From assembly GCA_963751455.1 (NCBI GenBank), contig CAVVUN010000003.1, positions 1 to 64,000 on the forward strand: a DNA stretch of 64,000 nt. Direction: 5' to 3'. This DNA is from Nitrospirota bacterium. Its GTDB lineage: Bacteria; Nitrospirota; UBA9217. Below, piece after piece: positions 1 through 10,242 of the stretch. A program made the translations under genes and the position numbers. The notes below the pieces were generated by a model, which searched no databases, had not been told where the DNA came from, and was given only the letters and a program-made list of their open reading frames with translations. Every line of letters starts with the position of its first letter. The first letter of the stretch is position 1.

Positions 1-668
1 GGGCCGCCCAGTTCAAGGCGTAGATGGCGTGCTCGACTTCGGGTCCGAGCGGTACAAGACGGGTGTCCCAGCCCAGCTGCACCCCTTTCTGAAGGAGCTG
101 CTTGGTCATGCTGTCGCCGTTGACGTTGCCGCACATGAGGGTCAGGATGTTCTTCTGCTGAGATCCCGGGCGATCTCGAAAGCCTGTTCATCGCTGTCGG
201 CGGCGCCGATGATCAGACGTATCCCGGCATCGAGCCGTCCACCAGCTGCACGCCGAGGTTCCGGAGGATGGTGTCGGAGATGAACCCATTGTAGGTCAGC
301 CCGATCGAGTCATCCTTCACCGGCTCCTGGCCGTAGATGTACCGGATGGCCATGATCATTTCCTGGGCAAAGAGCGTCGCCATGCCGGCGTCCAGCGCCT
401 CTCCCAGGTACGGCTTGTACAGGTGGTCGTCGGGAGCGTCCGTGAGAAGCGGCTTCACGTGTTTCTCGAGGGCGGTCTTCATGTCTCCGACCGTCCGCAC
501 CTCGAACCCGTTCATGGCGAACATCTGCGGAAGAAAATACGCCGTGTCCGGGAACTCGAACTTGAAGTCGGCGCCTTTTTCGGTGATGGCCTTCTCGACG
601 AGGGCCTCGGCCTGCTTGACGTAGTAGTGGGCGCCCAGTATGGCGCCGGTCGCAATAACTTTTGACAT
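1..668 (-). CDS. acsB: Acetyl-CoA synthase (bacterial AcsB) N-terminal part; frameshift near 215; runs off window start
   Basis: MSKVIATGAILGA...EFPDTAYFLP...YLGEALDAGMATLFAQE...GFISDTILRNLGVQLVDGSMPG is typical of the AcsB N-terminal domain; follows acsC. Confidence 0.9.
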
Positions 669-776
669 GGGTAACTCCTTTGTAACGTTGTATTACCGCG
701 GAAACTGCGAGACCGTAGGGAGAACGACGAGCCGCTTTAACCCTGCACTCTCTGCGTCCCTGCGGTTAAACTGTTC

Positions 777-2111
777 TTATCCCCTGGCCTTCAGGAAGCT
801 CGGAAGCTGGTTCGCTTCCCGCGGCCCGACCGTGATCTTCCAGCCCGGCAGCTTCTCTTCCAGGGCGCCGGACAGGATGGCGACATACCCGGGATGATCA
901 GCTCCTTGTGGCCGATGTTCTTTTCCACGCCGCTGTCGGTGATGAACTGCGCGATCTTGCTCGCCGTAAATTTGCCGGCGGCCCAGGCGGTGAGCACCGA
1001 GAGGCCTTCATTGTCCATGACCGCCAGCCAGGCGGCAACCTTGCTGTTCTCGACCTCGCCCCGGACGATGAAGTACGAGAGCGAGAAATTCGTGGTGATC
1101 ATGAGCGGCGAATTTTCTTTCGCATCGCCGACCTTGTAGACGTTCTGCGCGACCTGCATCGGCACCTGCGGGTCGGTGTAGATGTTCTGGCGCAGCGACA
1201 GCAGCGCGAGCATCTTCCATTTTTCGACGTTGTTCAGGACGACGATGGAGGCGTACTTCATCGTGCCGATGGCCGCGACCATGGCTTCGGCAGCGTTGTC
1301 GCGGCCGGCGAACGTGATGACCGGGATAGCCAACGGCTTGAAGTTCTTCTTGATGGCCGCGCGCCGGATGATGGTGAAGTGCTCGATCATGTCCTTGGCC
1401 TTGCGGGCGCCGGAATCGAGGACCAGGTCGTCCACGCCCAGAGCCTTGACCTTCTCGGAAAGCGCGGTAAGCGCGTCGAGCCCGTCGGCTGAACGGCCAG
1501 GGAAGCCTTCTTCTCCTTGGCGATCTTCGCCATGGCCTCGGCGTTCTCGGCGGTGGCGGCGTAGATGAGCGGCTTCTTGCCGCGCAGTGCGCGATGCCCG
1601 CCTCGATCGCCGCCGGGGTCTTGCTGACCAGAATGATCGGGACGCCCGGGCGCTCCGTCTACCACCTGTTTCACCACGGAAGCGAACTTGGCAGCATCGC
1701 CGCCCTCGTCGGTCACAGCAATGGCGTCCACCCGGAGCTTCTGGCCGACACGGTCGATCTCGGAATTCTTGACTGCCTCGATCTTCCTGGCAGCCGCGTC
1801 CCCGGCTTCGGAAGCCTTTATCGCAACGGCGAACACGTTCGGGTTGAAGAATTTTTTCTCGTGGCGGAAAAGGCAGATCTCTTCGCCGACCTTCACGGCC
1901 TTGTCGCCGAGCCGAGCGTGATGCCCCGGATCGGCGGTGCAGCAGATTCGCCCAGCATTTTCTTTGCGTCCTCGGAGGCGTCGGGGCAGGCATCGAGGCT
2001 CGCCTGCTTCGCGGCCAGCTTCATGGCAAAGGCGAGACAAGTCGGGTGCCCACACTTCTTGCAGTTGGTCTTCGGAAGATGCTTGAATATTTCAACACCG
2101 GAAAGTGCCAT
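777..2111 (-). CDS. acsC: Corrinoid Fe-S protein large subunit (several frameshifts)
   Basis: LPKTNCKKCGHPTCLAFAMKLA..C 4Fe-4S motif (ORF 1893-2111); FRHEKKFFNP (1387-2055); LRQNIYTDPQ, TTNFSL, GLSVLTAWAAGKF (791-1993); reconstructed end ...LPSFLKARG-TAA at 777-779. Confidence 0.92.
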
Positions 2112-2198
2112 TCTGAACTCCTTTTATTGTAAAGTGAAAATTAAATTTATTTTTGCGTTTTGCAATTTGGAATTTCCAATTCCCGCAATTCTGGCGGG

Positions 2199-3131
2199 CT
2201 ACCCATCAGTTCGGCGATGATTTCCTTGGCCTTAGCAGCCGCGCCGGGGTGCCTCATGATCAGCATGTCCGCGCCCGCCGTGATCATGGCCGAGGCGGTA
2301 CCGCCTCCCAGGCCAGGGCCCGGTCCCCCAGACCGCCCCACTCCGGAACTTCGCGTCGGCCGCCATGGTCTCCTTCACCTTCCAGACGTTCGCGCCGATG
2401 TCGCATACAACAGGGGTCTGCATCATGGGGTCGTTCTGGAAAGCGCCGCCAGACGGATGCGCTCCATGACGCTGTAGGTATATTCGAGCCCGTACCCAGG
2501 GCCGACGACATGGGGTCCATGATGATGCGTTCCTTGTCGAATCCCATCTGGGTAAGCAGGATGTTGAGCTGCTTCGCCAGGTTCACATCGAGCTGGCTCA
2601 TGGCGATCAGCTTGTGATCATTGGCCATGGCCGCCGCGGCAACGGTCTTGTAGTTCTCCTCCACGGCCTTGCCGATGGCGCAGTTCTTGCCGCGCGTCGC
2701 CGCGGCGCAGCCTGGAGCACCTGGTGTCCTTTTCCACGTGGCCGCTGCCGAGGATGATCAGCGGGATGTCGATGGCCGCGGCAACCTCCGCCGCGATCTT
2801 GGCCGCTTCGTCGGCGCTCTTGTTCTTCTGATCGGGATGGGTGCCCATAAGCCGGAGCGCGACCACGTCAGCGCCGCTCTGCTGGCAGAATTTCGCCCAT
2901 TGCACGGGGTTCGGGATGCGCCGCCGACTGCCTTTTTCAGGGTTTCGGGCCAGTCGCTCGGCTCGATGTCCATAATCTCAAGCGCCACGGCAGGCTTATT
3001 CGGGAACGTACCTTCGAAGGCGAGAAACGGAAGTGCGCTCGCTCCGCCGATGGTCACTGCCTTTGCGCCGGATCCAAGCTGTACTTGAAAATTTTACCGC
3101 TGTAAGACTCTTTCGGAATCATCAGTGCCAT
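2199..3131 (-). CDS. acsD: Corrinoid Fe-S protein small subunit (several frameshifts; 3' end approximate)
   Basis: Fragments IGGASALPFLAFEG, WAKFCQQSGADVVALRLMGTHPD, EENYKTVAAAA..DVNLAKQLNILL..IIMDP, AGADMLIMRHP; ATG at 3131 after GAGG. Confidence 0.9.
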
Positions 3132-3232
3132 GAAAACCTCCTCAAAAATGTTAGCCATAGTAGCAAATTTTCGTCCAAGGACAATAGAAAACGTCAAATT
3201 GTACCAGCAAGTTCAAAATATTAGTTTACTGC

Positions 3233-3245
3233 GTGACATTGTCAC
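3233..3245. promoter_or_regulatory. Perfect palindrome GTGACA-T-TGTCAC upstream of acsD, possible operator
   Basis: Inverted repeat read directly; a TG-n-TACTAT extended -10 lies on the minus strand near 3157-3165. Confidence 0.35.
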
Positions 3246-3275
3246 CTGATTTTGCGTGCTTGAACCGACCTGTAT

Positions 3276-4064
3276 TTACATATCCAGATAGGAATGCGCA
3301 TACATGGTCTTGCCCATGATCATCTCGGTGGTCTTGACCGTATCCATCATGTCTTTGTCGAGCGGGTCGATAATGGCCGACGTAAGCCCTTCATACATGA
3401 GCAAGGCCAGGTAGTTCCGGTTAATGATGGGCCGCACATGTTTCGGCGCGCCGTTCGAGATGTTCGAAAGTCCCACCACGGTACTGCATCGGCGGATCAT
3501 TCAGGTCCTTGAACATCCTGACCGCGCGGATCGCCTGTCTGCCCTGGTCCTGCATGGTCGCGATCTGCAGAATGAGCGGATCGAGGAAGATGTTCTCCAT
3601 CGACACGCCGTACTCCATGCCGCGCGCCATGATCTCCGGCGCGATGACGCAACGGTCTTCGGCATCAGCCGGAAGGCCGCCCTTGCCGAGCGTAAGCGCA
3701 ACGATCTTGGTTCCGTACTTGCCTGCAAGCTCCATCATCGGGAACCGCTCCGGCTCATTGGAAGTGGAATTGATGATCGGAAGACCCCAGGGTTGTTGTG
3801 CGCCTTGATGCCGGCCTCCATGGCCTTCACGTTGGTCGTGTCAAGACAGAGCGGTTTCTGTACAACCTCATGCACAACCTTGACGGCCCAGTCCATGAGC
3901 TGTGGACCGTCATCCTCGGCGGGGCCGATCGATACGTCGATATAGTGAGCTCCCGCGTTGGCCTGCGCCACAGCAAGCTCCTGAATAGGCTTGGGGTCGC
4001 GTTTCTGCAGCGCCTCCCGCACCTTCTTCACCATAACACTGATTTTCTCTCCGATAATAATCAT
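3276..4064 (-). CDS. acsE: Methyl-THF:corrinoid methyltransferase (frameshifted)
   Basis: MIIIGEKI.., AGAHYIDVSIGP, PLCLDTTN, IFLDPLIL, VVGLSNISNG, GLTSAIIDP pterin-binding barrel motifs spread over three frames. Confidence 0.9.
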
Positions 4065-4163
4065 CCTCTGTGAATCTCCTTTCGTACTTCCTGATATAAT
4101 AATCGTCGGCAGCATTGTTTCCCTGAACCAAAACGGGTACTGCAACATCTGTTCCGTCCAGTT

Positions 4164-5055
4164 TTACTAGCAGTTGCAGCAACTCTTCCGCCGCACCACG
4201 GATATACTTTCTTTTTCCCGGGCAACCGCAACGGTCTCGCGCCCGAGTTCTTTGTAGAGCTTGACCAACGTCGGGTGCACGATGCTGCATTGCCGCAAGA
4301 TGGTCGTGCACGGTCTGGACATCGCCCCGCATAATCGGACCGGTCAGCGCGTCCGGTATGCCGAGCACTCTCTATATTGTGAAGCGTTCCCCGGATGAGG
4401 GGAAGCACCGCCTTGAGCGCTTCTTCTCTGTCGGCGCCCAACGACTCATAAAACGTAAGGCCGTAATGAACAAGCGCAACAAAATAGTTCGAAACCGCCA
4501 CGGCCCCGGCATGATACAACGCAGCAGACTGTTTGTCCGAACTCCACTTCGGCATGACAAGTTCGATTCCGCCGAGGGCTTTTACAATTTCCCGGGACGT
4601 ATCCATTGCCTCGGGGTCGGCTTCGACCCGGAAATAAGAACCCGGGAGCGTCTTAATACCCTGCTCACTGGTTGCCACGGACTGCAGCGGATGAAGAACC
4701 GCCCGCCGGGCTCCGGCATCTTTCGCTGAATCCAGAAGATCGAGCGAATGAGCGCCGGACATATGGATGACGAGCGCCTGGGATTTGAAAGAACCGTGCT
4801 GCCGAAATCTTCTCGCAAACTTCCTGGATGACCCGGTCGGGCGTGGTAATAAAAACCAGCTCCGCATTTATTGCAGATCGAACAACATCGCTTGTCGGCT
4901 GGCCGGTCTCCGATAAAGGCCGCGGCTGTTCGAGCCGATTCCTCCGTCCGCGCCGCAACGTCGTGTTATCCGGTATCCTGCCCGCTTCAACAGGAACCCT
5001 ACCGAACTGCCGACACGACCTGCGCCGATAATGGCGAACGGTATTTTCTGTTCAT
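4164..5055 (-). CDS. Rossmann-like + DUF2520 oxidoreductase (PanG-type ketopantoate reductase candidate), frameshifted; ends approximate
   Basis: FAIIGAGRVG dinucleotide motif, FITTPD, HMSGA, LHPLQS, LYHAGAVAVSN, ALTGPIMRGD. Confidence 0.75.
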
Positions 5056-5059
5056 CAGC

Positions 5060-5833
5060 TTACGGTATCAGCTTGTCCAGATACCGAAAAAAACCGGTAA
5101 GCGCCTTTGAATCCGGCGGGAAGCTGGACAAGCGGCTTGCCGTTCAGATCATACTCAAAAATGAGCTCATCGCTCGGACATAAACCCGGCGAACTCCAGA
5201 CCCTGCTGGCCGATCGTATCAATGAGCGATTTGTCCTGGCTGGTTCCGTCCTGCACCCGGTTCACAATCGAGGACCGACCGCTTGACGTTTAATTTCAGT
5301 TCCTGTACAAGTTCCCCGATCCGGCCCGCCGTCATGATGCCGCGTACCGAGGAGTCGCTGATGATGAGCAGCAGGTCAGTATCCTGGGTCGTGCGGCGGG
5401 ACAGATGCTCCAGGCCGGCCTCATTGTCCATCACAGTATACGGATAATTGTCGGCGAGCTTGTCCATGTACTTGCGGATGATATTGTTCGCCGCGCAATA
5501 GCAGCCGGCGCCTTCGGGCCTTCCCATAACCAGCAGGTCGAAGCCCTTTGCTTCAATAATGGCCTGCTGGATCTGGTAGTCGAAGAGCTGCTCCATGCTC
5601 ATGCCGCCCGGCCGGGGGGCCGTGGACTTTACCGCTTCAAGTGACGTCTCCCGTAGCTTCCCGACCGTGGCATGGACCTTGACGCCGAGCACATCATTCA
5701 GGTTCGCGTTTGCATCGGCATCAACTGCGAGAACTGCACCGCGCTTCTTTTCTGTCAAATATCGAACGGTAAGGCCGCACAAACTGGTCTTGCCCGTGCC
5801 GCCCTTTCCTGCAACTGCTATTGAAAAACCCAT
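5060..5833 (-). CDS. cooC: CooC/AcsF-type Ni-insertion ATPase (frameshift near 5270)
   Basis: AGKGGTGKT, VDADANANL, GCYC, DNEAGLEHLSR; C-terminus continues in another frame to TAA at 5060-5062. Confidence 0.88.
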
Positions 5834-5936
5834 TGTATCTCAAACTAAAGGCTCCAGATACCAGGGTCCAGAGGTCACGGGCACAGCTCTTTTCCTGACC
5901 CCTGACTATACTGACTACTGATCTCTGAGATTTCCT

Positions 5937-6665
5937 TTATTTTTTCACTCCGTACTTCTTCCTTACTTCTTCTATCTTACCGCAGGTCATCTTGCCTTCG
6001 GAGCAGGCTGCATGCAAACAGCCTGGTCCGGACTTCTCGAAGATCGTCGGCGAGACCTTCTTTACGTGCCCGAGCATTCGCTCCGCCATCTCCCGGATCT
6101 CCCACTGAGCACGATTGCAGCACCGTACCCGGAAGAAATGCAGAAGCTCCCGCGCGTTCATGGTAACGACTATCTTGGTTTCGGCCGCATTCGGCAGAAG
6201 GTAGCGCGCATCTTGCCGTCCTGCCTCTCCTTTGAAGCCCAGTTCCTCAAGACGCTTCAGGACCCTGGTGTAATTCTCCTGTGCCTCCGCCATGCACTGC
6301 TCAAACTCACGCGCTAGTACGGGATCCTGCTTAATGCTCGGCGGCATAATATAATCGAACTGTTCCGCCTTAACATAGCGCTGACTCTGCTGCGAATATG
6401 ATGCTACGCGGTGACGGACAAGCTGATGTGAACATGCCCTTGATATCCCTTCAATGCCGAAGGTAAACGACACATGCTCGATCGGAGAAAGGTGGCCTAT
6501 GGAAGCGAGCTTCTCCACGAATGCAGCCTGGTCGCCGGCCTCGATCTTCTCCTTCAGTTCCTCAACACCCGACGGGCTATAGCAGAGTTTCGCAGCCATT
6601 GCCACGACCTCTTCCGGATCGGGCGTATATCGCAGGAGGACAACATTCAATGCGGCTTCAGGCAT
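5937..6665 (-). CDS. thyX: FAD-dependent thymidylate synthase
   Basis: RHRVASYSQQSQRY signature, EHVSFTF, DARYLLP, AQWEIR. Confidence 0.96.
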   Translation of the reverse strand: MPEAALNVVLLRYTPDPEEVVAMAAKLCYSPSGVEELKEKIEAGDQAAFVEKLASIGHLSPIEHVSFTFGIEGISRACSHQLVRHRVASYSQQSQRYVKAEQFDYIMPPSIKQDPVLAREFEQCMAEAQENYTRVLKRLEELGFKGEAGRQDARYLLPNAAETKIVVTMNARELLHFFRVRCCNRAQWEIREMAERMLGHVKKVSPTIFEKSGPGCLHAACSEGKMTCGKIEEVRKKYGVKK

Positions 6666-6884
6666 CTTCCCTCCCTGCTCTCATCGAAAAAAGCGAGTGC
6701 ATCACAATTATAAAAACGGAGTATTATATCCATCGCATAACTCATGAGTCAAGAAAAAATCGTTGAATTTAGCAATAATTAATAGTAATTATTTTAATTA
6801 ACTTATAAATTTTATTGATAAAAATGCCATTGTTACCAAAAGTAGCTTAATAAGTGTTACTTATGATAACATAAGACTTATTTA

Positions 6885-7686
6885 TTATTTAAAGCTGTGT
6901 TCGGGCCCGGGGAAGGTTTCTGACTCAACTTCGCGCTTATACTCTTTGATCGCGTTGAGCGCCTGGTCCTTCAGATGCGCGTACTGTTTAACGAATTTCG
7001 GAGTGAACCGGTCAAAGAGGCCGAGAAGATCGTGGAGTACCAGAACCTGTCCGTCACAATCGGCGCCTGCGCCGATGCCGATCGTCGGTATATGCAGGAC
7101 GTTTCGGATTTCACTCGCGAGTGAAACGGGCATGGCCTCAAGCACTACCGAGAAAGCGCCTGCATCCTGAACCGACTTGGCATCCGCTAGGATTTTTTCC
7201 CGGGCTGCCTCATTCTTTCCCTGCACTTTAAAGCCGCCCAGCGCATGGACATATTGCGGGGTCAGGCCGATATGCGCCATAACCGGGATGCCTGAATCCG
7301 CGATTGCGCGGATAATTCCGGCCATTTGGGTGCCGCCTTCGAGCTTTACGGCTTCTGCGCCTGCTTCTTTCAGGAAGCGCCCTGCATTCCTGATCGCCTC
7401 AGCTGCTGTCCGCCTGATAAGAGAGAAAGGGCATATCGCCGACAACCATCGCGGAAGCAGCTGCACGCGAGACCATCTTTGTGTGATAAATCATTTCGTC
7501 CATGGTAACCGGCAGCGTGCTCGACAGACCCTGGACTACCATGCCGACGGAATCTCCGACAAGAATGATATCAATACCGGCCTGATCCACGATCTGAGCG
7601 GTAGGAAAATCATAGGCCGTGAGCATGGTTATCTTTTTGCCCTCGGTTTTCTTTTTATAGAGATCCAGAATAGTGGTTTTCGGCAT
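6885..7686 (-). CDS. panB: Ketopantoate hydroxymethyltransferase (one frameshift near 7400)
   Basis: [49 protein letters not shown]. Confidence 0.93.
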
Positions 7687-7718
7687 ATTCTTATTTTGAT
7701 TTGGACCAAGGCAACCGT

Positions 7719-7749
7719 GCCTGCACCCGCGTTTTCGCAAGAGCAGGGT
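7719..7749 (+). repeat. Short copy of the GCCTGCACCC...GCAGGGT dispersed element, inside a GGCAAC/GTTGCC hairpin
   Basis: Terminal match to copies at 8848, 19094, 34157, 46349 and 52618. Confidence 0.65.
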
Positions 7750-7790
7750 GTTGCCGTGCCTCTACGCCGACATGGTCGGCTCGCTCCAGA

Positions 7791-8756
7791 TTATGGTCTC
7801 GGATACAATCCTGCGGCTTTGACGATTCCTTCGATGGCGCTCTCCCACTCGATGGCCTGAATATGGACGCCTTTCACTCCGGGTATCTCCAGGATCTGGT
7901 GAATGAGCTCCACCGTTATCTTCAGGCCTTCGGCCTCTTGCAGTTCCCTGGCCTTCTTCTTGTCGTCTCCTGCTGCCTCTTTCGCCTTGTTCATCCGGTC
8001 GATGAGCGCCTTCGGCACTGTCACACCCGCAACAGAAGCATCCATATACTTGAGCATCATGGCGCTCCGCGGAACGATAATTCCGCCGAGGATCGCAGTC
8101 CGTTCATGTAGCCCGAGATTCCTCGCCTTTTCCATCTGGGACCTGAAGATTTCAACATCGTAAATGCCCTGGGTCTGGATAAAGTCAGCCCCTGCATCCA
8201 CTTTTTTCTTGAGGTTATAAGGCCTGAAATCGATCGGGTCCCCCATGGGCGTCCAGGAGGCGCCGATAAAGAACTTCGGTGCTACCTCGATTTTGTCTCC
8301 GCCCTCCTGCAGGCTCTCGTCGCGCATCTTTTTCATGATCCCGACAAGCTGGCAGGTATCCACGTCATACACGTTCTTTGCGCCCGGATGGCCCTTGAGC
8401 TTGCCGGCCGCGCTGAATTTCTGATGGTCGCCTGCAATGCAGAGGCAGTTTTTGAGCCCGAGCGCAGCGGCCCCGAGAAGATCTGCCTGTATCGCAATAC
8501 GGTTACGGTCCCTGCAGGTCATCTGCATGACCGGTTCGAGCCCTTCGCGCTGAGCGATGAACGCTGCCGCTATACTGGAGATGCGGACCACGGCTGTCTG
8601 GCAATCCGTGATATTTGCCGCATCGCAGAAGCCCTTCAGCTTGTGCGCTTTTTCTACGACCTCGTGAGCATCCGCGCTCATGGGCGGCCCCAGCTCCGCT
8701 GTTACTGCAGGTTTTCCGCTTGCGATGACCCGTTCAAGGTTGCTTCCGCTTTTCAT
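7791..8756 (-). CDS. metF: Methylene-THF reductase, MetF subunit
   Basis: VTAELGPP, NITD, QMTCRDRNRIAIQADLLGA, KKVDAGADFIQTQ; next to metV. Confidence 0.93.
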   Translation of the reverse strand: MKSGSNLERVIASGKPAVTAELGPPMSADAHEVVEKAHKLKGFCDAANITDCQTAVVRISSIAAAFIAQREGLEPVMQMTCRDRNRIAIQADLLGAAALGLKNCLCIAGDHQKFSAAGKLKGHPGAKNVYDVDTCQLVGIMKKMRDESLQEGGDKIEVAPKFFIGASWTPMGDPIDFRPYNLKKKVDAGADFIQTQGIYDVEIFRSQMEKARNLGLHERTAILGGIIVPRSAMMLKYMDASVAGVTVPKALIDRMNKAKEAAGDDKKKARELQEAEGLKITVELIHQILEIPGVKGVHIQAIEWESAIEGIVKAAGLYPRP

Positions 8757-8847
8757 CGAGACCTCCCAAAAATTTCTTCAAAAGCTGATTTCACCACTAA
8801 GCACGGAGCAGGTTTTCACCAAGCTTTATGCTTTTCTCCGTGTCTCT

Positions 8848-8949
8848 GCCTGCACCAGGCGTTTATGAGGCCCTTGATTCCCGTCTCGCGATTCTCAGCG
8901 AGATGGTACGACAATGAGTCTAAGTATTGTGGTATCGCGCGTGCAGGGC
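8848..8949 (+). repeat. Long (~100 bp) structured dispersed element, copy A
   Basis: Aligns end to end with 52618-52720; CCTGCAC/GTGCAGG termini; internal hairpin. Confidence 0.8.
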
Positions 8950-8967
8950 GGTGGATTCTGTTTTCGT

Positions 8968-9660
8968 TTAGCCCTTCTTTTTCTCTTCTTCCAATTCCAG
9001 AATATGCTCGAGCACGAGCCGGCGCGGGCCGCCGTGCGTCCCCGTCGACCAGTTCCGCGGCGGTTGGACGGCATACAGCTGATCGAGCTTGCCGAGTTCT
9101 TTCATCCGCTCCACGATCAGGTACCAGGCGCAGTCCACTTCATTGCTCACCTCGCACTTGCCTTTGTTCGTTCCGCCGCACGGCCCGTTCATCAGCGACT
9201 TGGAGCAGCGTACGACCGGGCAGATTCCGCCGGTCATGTGGAGAACGCAGTTGCCGCATCCCCCGCAGAGCTCCACGAAGAATCCTGCCTTGGGCACTGC
9301 GCCGAAGAACGTGGTGTTCACACCCGGATAAACAGGAATATTGCCGATCCGTTCGGACAGGAAATTGACTCCCACACCACAGGCAGTCGAGAGCACCAAA
9401 TCATAGGTTTTCACCTTTTCCATCATCGGCTCAAAGAACTCGGGTTCGCAATGGCGCTCGATGGCTGCATTATCGACCTGCATAGGCAGATTTTCCTGGG
9501 TCGCTTTCATCCGGAGCATCGATGCCAGAAGCTCCGCTTCCTTGCCGCCCCCGGCATGGCTGATCGCAACGCAGGTATTGCATCCAAAGACCAGGATCTT
9601 CTTGAAGCCCTTGACCATGTCCCAGATTTCATCAAATGGTTTCTGTTTACCGACTATCAT
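8968..9660 (-). CDS. metV: Methylene-THF reductase Fe-S/Zn subunit MetV
   Basis: GCNTC, STACGVG, CGGCGNC..GGICP..RCSKSLMNGPCGG..GKCE..CAW. Confidence 0.9.
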   Translation of the reverse strand: MIVGKQKPFDEIWDMVKGFKKILVFGCNTCVAISHAGGGKEAELLASMLRMKATQENLPMQVDNAAIERHCEPEFFEPMMEKVKTYDLVLSTACGVGVNFLSERIGNIPVYPGVNTTFFGAVPKAGFFVELCGGCGNCVLHMTGGICPVVRCSKSLMNGPCGGTNKGKCEVSNEVDCAWYLIVERMKELGKLDQLYAVQPPRNWSTGTHGGPRRLVLEHILELEEEKKKG

Positions 9661-9676
9661 TGGTCATTCACTCCTT

Positions 9677-10174
9677 TTAGCGCTGCTTGCGCGCGGCAAG
9701 CCATATTGGTGATGGTCCGAGCTTCCGGATCTTGTCTACAAATTCGTTGCACATGTCGGCCCAGCGCGGTCCCATTGCGGCTGACAGGTTGTACATCTCA
9801 AGCCGCTGCGGATCGATGCCGACCTTTGTGAGCAGTGTCTTTACGTATTCGATTCTCTTTGCTGCAAACAGATTACCTTCCAGGTAATGGCATTGGCCTT
9901 TGAGTCAGCCGGCAGCAAATATGCCGTCAACGCCTTTTTCGAACGCCCTCAGCACATGAATGTGGTCGAGCTTGCCCGTGCAGGGAAGACGGATGATCTT
10001 GACGCTCGGCGAATAGGAAAGCCGCATCACGCCGGCAAGGTCCGCTGCTGCAAACGCGCAGTAGTGACACGCGAAAGCAAGGACATTCGGCTCCCAGTCC
10101 GCGGGTGTTTCGTGCGGTTTTTCGATTGACGAGACCGCCGCGACTTTGTCCGGTGTTTCCGAAACTACAGCCAT
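9677..10174 (-). CDS. mvhD: MvhD/FlpD [2Fe-2S] subunit with selenocysteine (TGA 9905-9907), 165 aa
   Basis: FACHYCAFAAAD, RLPCTGK, DGIFAAG-U-LKGQCHYLEGN, RLEMYNLSAA; the frame continues past TGA to TAA 9677-9679 (498 nt). Confidence 0.9.
9872..9907 (-). promoter_or_regulatory. Bacterial SECIS-like hairpin
   Basis: mRNA UGA...AUUACC-UGGAA-GGUAAU; the loop starts 22 nt after UGA and has G at loop position 2. Confidence 0.75.
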
Positions 10175-10189
10175 GAATGGACTCCTTTC

Positions 10190-10240
10190 AACTGAACCGT
10201 TTAAACCGTTTGAACTGTTTAAACCGCTTAAACGGTTAAA
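10190..10240. repeat. Degenerate 9-bp tandem repeat (aaaccgttt-like) between hdrA and mvhD
   Basis: gaaccgttt aaaccgttt gaactgttt aaaccgctt aaacggtt. Confidence 0.6.
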
Positions 10241-10242
10241 TG

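Noticed and set aside
213-215. TGA ending the acsB fragment as a possible Sec codon
   Set aside because: AcsB homology resumes in a different frame and the position is not a Cys site, so it is an indel
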